From Bacteroides sp. SM23_62_1 (GTDB lineage: Bacteria; Bacteroidota; Bacteroidia; Bacteroidales; SM23-62), in the NCBI GenBank assembly GCA_001304505.1, contig LJUQ01000012.1, positions 1 to 61,418 on the forward strand: 61,418 nt of DNA. The letters run 5' to 3'. A program made the translations under genes and the position numbers. Below the pieces are notes generated by a model. The model searched no databases. It had not been told where the DNA came from and worked only from the letters and a program-made list of their open reading frames with translations. This document shows positions 57,434 to 61,418 of the stretch, one piece after another (position 1 is the stretch's first letter; the number at the start of each line of letters is the position of its first letter).

Positions 57434-58108
57434 ATGAAAAGAAAAATTATCTTGAAATTTATGCTAATTCTTTTACCACTAGCCGCTTTCACGCAGGAAG
57501 ATAAGATTGATTCTATACTGCAAGAATCAGAATTCAGAACTTTTGAAAAGGGTGGAAATATATTTGTAGCTTTTACAGATGGAACAGAAAAACAATTAAC
57601 CTTTACCCAAAAAGATGAAAAACCTACCCTTTCAAAAGTCAAAAACCAGGTTATATTCCTGAGAAATGAAACATTATTGAAAAGTGGAGGTGAATATACC
57701 AGGAAGAAAATTATGAAAGTGGGTATTAACACTTATATAGAAGAGACTATTACAGACCAGAAGCCTTTTAAAGATGGCCTGGAAAACACCTATGATATAC
57801 TCCATGTAGAAAATCCTACATTATCAAGGGATGAAAATTTTCTCTACTTTATAACGAATCATACTGCAACATCAAACATTTTAATCAAGCTTGATCTGCA
57901 AAACGGGAAATGGAATGAATTATTCAGTGCTGAACTTTTTGAGTTGCTGAAGTCAGGGCCATTTGAAAATCATTTCATCATTGCCCGCAAAGAAGTAGCA
58001 ACAAAAGGGGGAGGATTATTCTATTACCTGGTTGATGAAACAGGTAACAAATTGAAGGAATTTGCGAATGAAGAGAGTGTTCAGCAATTTAAGAATTCAT
58101 TTGAATAG
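57434..58108 (+). CDS. Exported hypothetical protein (possible beta-propeller fragment)
   Basis: Signal peptide; 'DGTEKQLT...PTLS' and 'PTLSRDENFLYF' resemble TolB/PD40 repeats. Confidence 0.55.
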   Translation: MKRKIILKFMLILLPLAAFTQEDKIDSILQESEFRTFEKGGNIFVAFTDGTEKQLTFTQKDEKPTLSKVKNQVIFLRNETLLKSGGEYTRKKIMKVGINTYIEETITDQKPFKDGLENTYDILHVENPTLSRDENFLYFITNHTATSNILIKLDLQNGKWNELFSAELFELLKSGPFENHFIIARKEVATKGGGLFYYLVDETGNKLKEFANEESVQQFKNSFE

Positions 58109-58448
58109 TATGGTTGTTTATATTAAGGTTTAATGATTTCACTGACCTTCTCATCCATTAAATTTTTTGGCAAATCCACCCTTTCACAGGAAAAGCCTGA
58201 CAGGAATATGACTGCTATTAATATTAATTGCTTCATTCAGTGTTAAATTGGTTTAATAAATGAATAATACAGGGCTGGTTTTATGACAAAATTCATATTT
58301 ATGATAATACCATAAACACTATTATATTCTCTTGAAACTACCGGATTCCCCGGGAAGGCAATAACATAATTATCTAATAAAAGGTTATATCTTTCAATAA
58401 CAAAATTTTTTAGATTTGTTATTCAGGTTGGACTCCTATTATAAATCA

Positions 58449-58886
58449 ATGAAGGACAAGTGGATCGACAATATCCGTGACATTTTAAGAAACGGTATTA
58501 CGGAAGAACATAAATTATTTGCCAGGAGGTATGCACGTAGGGCAAAGTATCATATCAATAGAACAATGAAGGGACTGGATAACGAGACCCAGGAAACAAG
58601 GGAAATGGCCCAGTTGTTCTTTCGGATGCTTGAACACGAACTGAAATTAAATGACAGGACTGATCCTCCAACAAAAGAGGAAGTCAGAGCAGCAATCGAA
58701 CAGCTAAAAGATGTAGGACGATTCTCGCTGTTTGTAACTGCAGTCATCCTGCCCGGAGGAGTAATCTCCCTGGTTGGTCTTGAGCTACTTGCAAGAAAAT
58801 TTGGGATAGAAAATTTTACCCTGGTCCCTTCCTCCTTCAGGGAAAAAAAGGATAAACAATCCCATCAACCTAACAGGCTGTCCTGA
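58449..58886 (+). CDS. Small LETM1-like domain protein
   Basis: 'ETREM', 'AIEQLKDVGR...ILPGG...LVPSSF' resembles the LETM1 TM/LPS motif. Confidence 0.55.
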   Translation: MKDKWIDNIRDILRNGITEEHKLFARRYARRAKYHINRTMKGLDNETQETREMAQLFFRMLEHELKLNDRTDPPTKEEVRAAIEQLKDVGRFSLFVTAVILPGGVISLVGLELLARKFGIENFTLVPSSFREKKDKQSHQPNRLS

Positions 58887-58998
58887 ACCTCTCAGGTTGA
58901 AAAAATCTATGATGAAAAGCATAATGATAACTCTATTATCGAACAGGCGGTTTATCCTGTACCTGCGGGCCGAAATATTTACAATTCAATCATTACTC

Positions 58999-60513
58999 AT
59001 GAAAAGGATTATATTATTATTTTCCGGTTTAATAACCTTTGTAATACTATCAGCACAGGATGTATATGATCTAACCATTAAAGCATCCATATCTGATGAA
59101 ATCAATCAGGAATTTATTTCTTCCGGAAGGTTATTTGTTTTTATTTCTCAGACTTCACGGATACAGCCAAGGTACCAGACCTGGCCAAATAAATCGGTAC
59201 ATATTTTTGCTGTAAATATACAGGATTGGGATCCTTCCAGATCTCTTATGCTCGATTCAACCACTGAATTCGTGAAAACATCTGAATGGACTTTCTCAGA
59301 ATTAAATCCGGGTAAATACTTTATTCAGCTATTATGGGATCAGGATCAGGATGAATCGGGCATCAATGCCCCGGGTAATATTTACAGTGATGTCAAAGAA
59401 ATTGAAATACAAAAAAACACCACCCTGGAAATTAACCTTGACCGGTTAATCCCGGAAAGAATCTTCAAAGAAGATAAATATGTAAAGTATGTGGAATTCA
59501 GAAGTGATACTCTTTCAGCATGGTGGGATAAATCTGTCTTTCTTAAAGCTTCTGTCCTGTTACCTTCTGACTTTTACAATAATCCGTCCGGGAAATTTCC
59601 AGTAAGGTATAATATTGCCGGTTACGGTGGCAGGTTTACCCGATCACAAAATTTGCTGGCCAGTGATAATGACTTCAAAGATTGGTGGTTTTCAGGCACA
59701 GCACCCCAGATTATCAGTGTATTTCTGGATGGAGAAGGCCCATATGGTGATTGTTATCAACTGGATTCTGAAAATAATGGCCCTTACGGATATGCACTCA
59801 TTCATGAATTTATTCCATTTCTGGAAAAGGAATTCCGGGCAGAAGGTATTCCTGAATCAAGGTTTCTGGATGGGTGTTCTACGGGAGGGTGGGTATCCCT
59901 GGCTTTACAACTTTTCTACCCCGATTTCTTTAATGGTGCTTTCTCATACAGCCCCGATCCTGTTACCTTTGAAGATTTTCAACTGATTAATCTTTACAGG
60001 GATAAAAATGCCTTTACCAATGAATGGGGTAATCTTCGTCCCGCGCAAAGAGATATTACTGGCGATCCCGTAATCACTATGAAAGATTTTGTGTACTTTG
60101 AAAATGTCCTTGGTGTAGATAACACATATATTACTTCAGGTGGACAGATAGGCGCGTTTGCAGCGCTTTTTGGACCAAAAGGAGAGAATGGATTACCTAT
60201 ACCAATATTCGATGCTGTTACAGGTGAAATAGATTATTCGGTTGCAGAATACTGGCGTAAATATGATCTAGTTGATTATGTAAAATCAAACTGGTCTGAC
60301 CTTGGACCTAAAATCCAGGGGAAAATATGGATCTGGATGGGTGATATGGATAACTTTTATCTAAACCCCGCTATGCGTAAAATGGAACATTTCCTGAATA
60401 CTGCATCCAATCCAACATCAGATGCTGTCATTAAATTCTCCCCCATGCAGGGACACTGCTGGCAATACGATCAGAAGGAGGTGCTTATGATGATTTCTGA
60501 AAAGATACATTAG
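58999..60513 (+). CDS. Exported alpha/beta-hydrolase, putative esterase
   Basis: Signal peptide from ATG 58999; 'DSENNGPYG', nucleophile motif 'GCSTGG', 'GDMDNFYL', 'GHCW'. Confidence 0.82.
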   Translation: MKRIILLFSGLITFVILSAQDVYDLTIKASISDEINQEFISSGRLFVFISQTSRIQPRYQTWPNKSVHIFAVNIQDWDPSRSLMLDSTTEFVKTSEWTFSELNPGKYFIQLLWDQDQDESGINAPGNIYSDVKEIEIQKNTTLEINLDRLIPERIFKEDKYVKYVEFRSDTLSAWWDKSVFLKASVLLPSDFYNNPSGKFPVRYNIAGYGGRFTRSQNLLASDNDFKDWWFSGTAPQIISVFLDGEGPYGDCYQLDSENNGPYGYALIHEFIPFLEKEFRAEGIPESRFLDGCSTGGWVSLALQLFYPDFFNGAFSYSPDPVTFEDFQLINLYRDKNAFTNEWGNLRPAQRDITGDPVITMKDFVYFENVLGVDNTYITSGGQIGAFAALFGPKGENGLPIPIFDAVTGEIDYSVAEYWRKYDLVDYVKSNWSDLGPKIQGKIWIWMGDMDNFYLNPAMRKMEHFLNTASNPTSDAVIKFSPMQGHCWQYDQKEVLMMISEKIH

Positions 60514-60600
60514 AAGAAGGCTAAGGCTAAGGGAGTGTGGGATTCAGGGTGTGTGTGAAGAGGGTCGCAATGGTTACAGGGTCGCATAATCCAATATGGA

Positions 60601-60714
60601 GACCCCGACAGGGGTCAAACTATGAATAACCCGATACACAGTGCCGGGCGAGAATAAAAATCCGGGACTCAACCCCGCAGGGGTTAAATAAATATATACT
60701 TCCCCGCAAGGATT
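60601..60714. repeat. REP-like hairpins RACCCC-N3/4-GGGGTY
   Basis: gaccccgacaggggtc (60601-60616), aaccccgcaggggtt (60671-60685) and a degenerate third copy near 60701; between convergent genes. Confidence 0.6.
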
Positions 60715-60753
60715 AAAAGTTTAGGAACACAGAAATGCAACTGATATAAAAAA

Positions 60754-61418
60754 TTACCTGCCTGTTACATTCAACACTGCAATATAAAAGTTCGGATCAA
60801 CTTTAACCTTAGGATTTGCCGGATCAATTTCTGCTGTTGCCCACATACCATCGGGATAAAGCCATTTCTCAGTTCCTGAAATAGTAACTTTCAAAGGCAT
60901 ATCAAATCCTCTGACACAATTATTCCATCGATAGAATAATTCATTTCCTATGATTGAATATTCAAAAACAGGTATTCTCACATCCCTGAGGTATTGGTCG
61001 AAAAACTTCGAAAGATCAATACCTGTTTGTTCACTTAAATAATTTTCAATCTGACTGGTTGTAACTGTCTGATGATAAAACTCTTTATTGATACCTCTGA
61101 GAATATCTCTCCACTTCATATCATTATTCACAAGCTGACGCAGGGTATGTAACATATTTCCACCTTTAGGATACATGTCACCTGATCCACTGTAATTCAC
61201 ATCATACATCCCTATAACCGGACGGTCATTTCTTATTCCCATTCGGGTTCCCAGTACATATTCTGTCCCTGCATCTTTCCCGAAATGATATTCAACATAA
61301 AGGTTTTCGGAATAGTTGGTAAAACTTTCATGGATCCACATATCGGCAATATCCCTGTATGTTATGCTGTTGGCAAACCATTCATGCCCTGATTCATGAA
61401 TGATAATAAAATCAAATT
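60754..61418 (-). CDS. M1 family aminopeptidase, 5' partial
   Basis: Frame is open to the window end: 'FDFIIIHESGHEWFANSIT...MWIHESF' (HExxH...E), 'YPKGG'. Confidence 0.9.
   Translation of the reverse strand, partial: FDFIIIHESGHEWFANSITYRDIADMWIHESFTNYSENLYVEYHFGKDAGTEYVLGTRMGIRNDRPVIGMYDVNYSGSGDMYPKGGNMLHTLRQLVNNDMKWRDILRGINKEFYHQTVTTSQIENYLSEQTGIDLSKFFDQYLRDVRIPVFEYSIIGNELFYRWNNCVRGFDMPLKVTISGTEKWLYPDGMWATAEIDPANPKVKVDPNFYIAVLNVTGR

Overview
Chromosomal window from a Bacteroidota bacterium, probably Bacteroidales-like (T9SS SprB/SprF-type genes, gldA, UpxY, TAnnTTTG promoters). It is mostly housekeeping genes (asnS, metK, riboflavin synthase, ileS, dksA-like, lspA, rnr, cysS, ispG, mtnA) plus envelope, signalling and accessory genes. 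No rRNA, tRNA, CRISPR array, prophage or intact transposase was recognised. The strongest unexplained signal is intergenic. A family of ~85-bp palindromes, each arm built from four ~10-bp units (CACAGAG core, ending in GAG), occurs four times empty and once with an AT-rich GxxExxY PD-(D/E)xK nuclease gene in place of the loop. This suggests a nuclease-associated palindromic mobile or repeat system. Sister palindromes with other cores (CGCAAAG, GCAGAT/GCCGAT) occur and are themselves interrupted by a small CCTGCCTGC...GCAGGCAGG element. The second highlight is a membrane Cache-PAS-CBS-DUF294 nucleotidyltransferase sensor next to a metallophosphoesterase, a candidate writer/eraser signalling pair. 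Also seen: rpoN broken by an internal frameshifting deletion, a truncated nitroreductase, and two hydrolases that have lost metal ligands. All calls come from reading motifs by eye; no searches were run.
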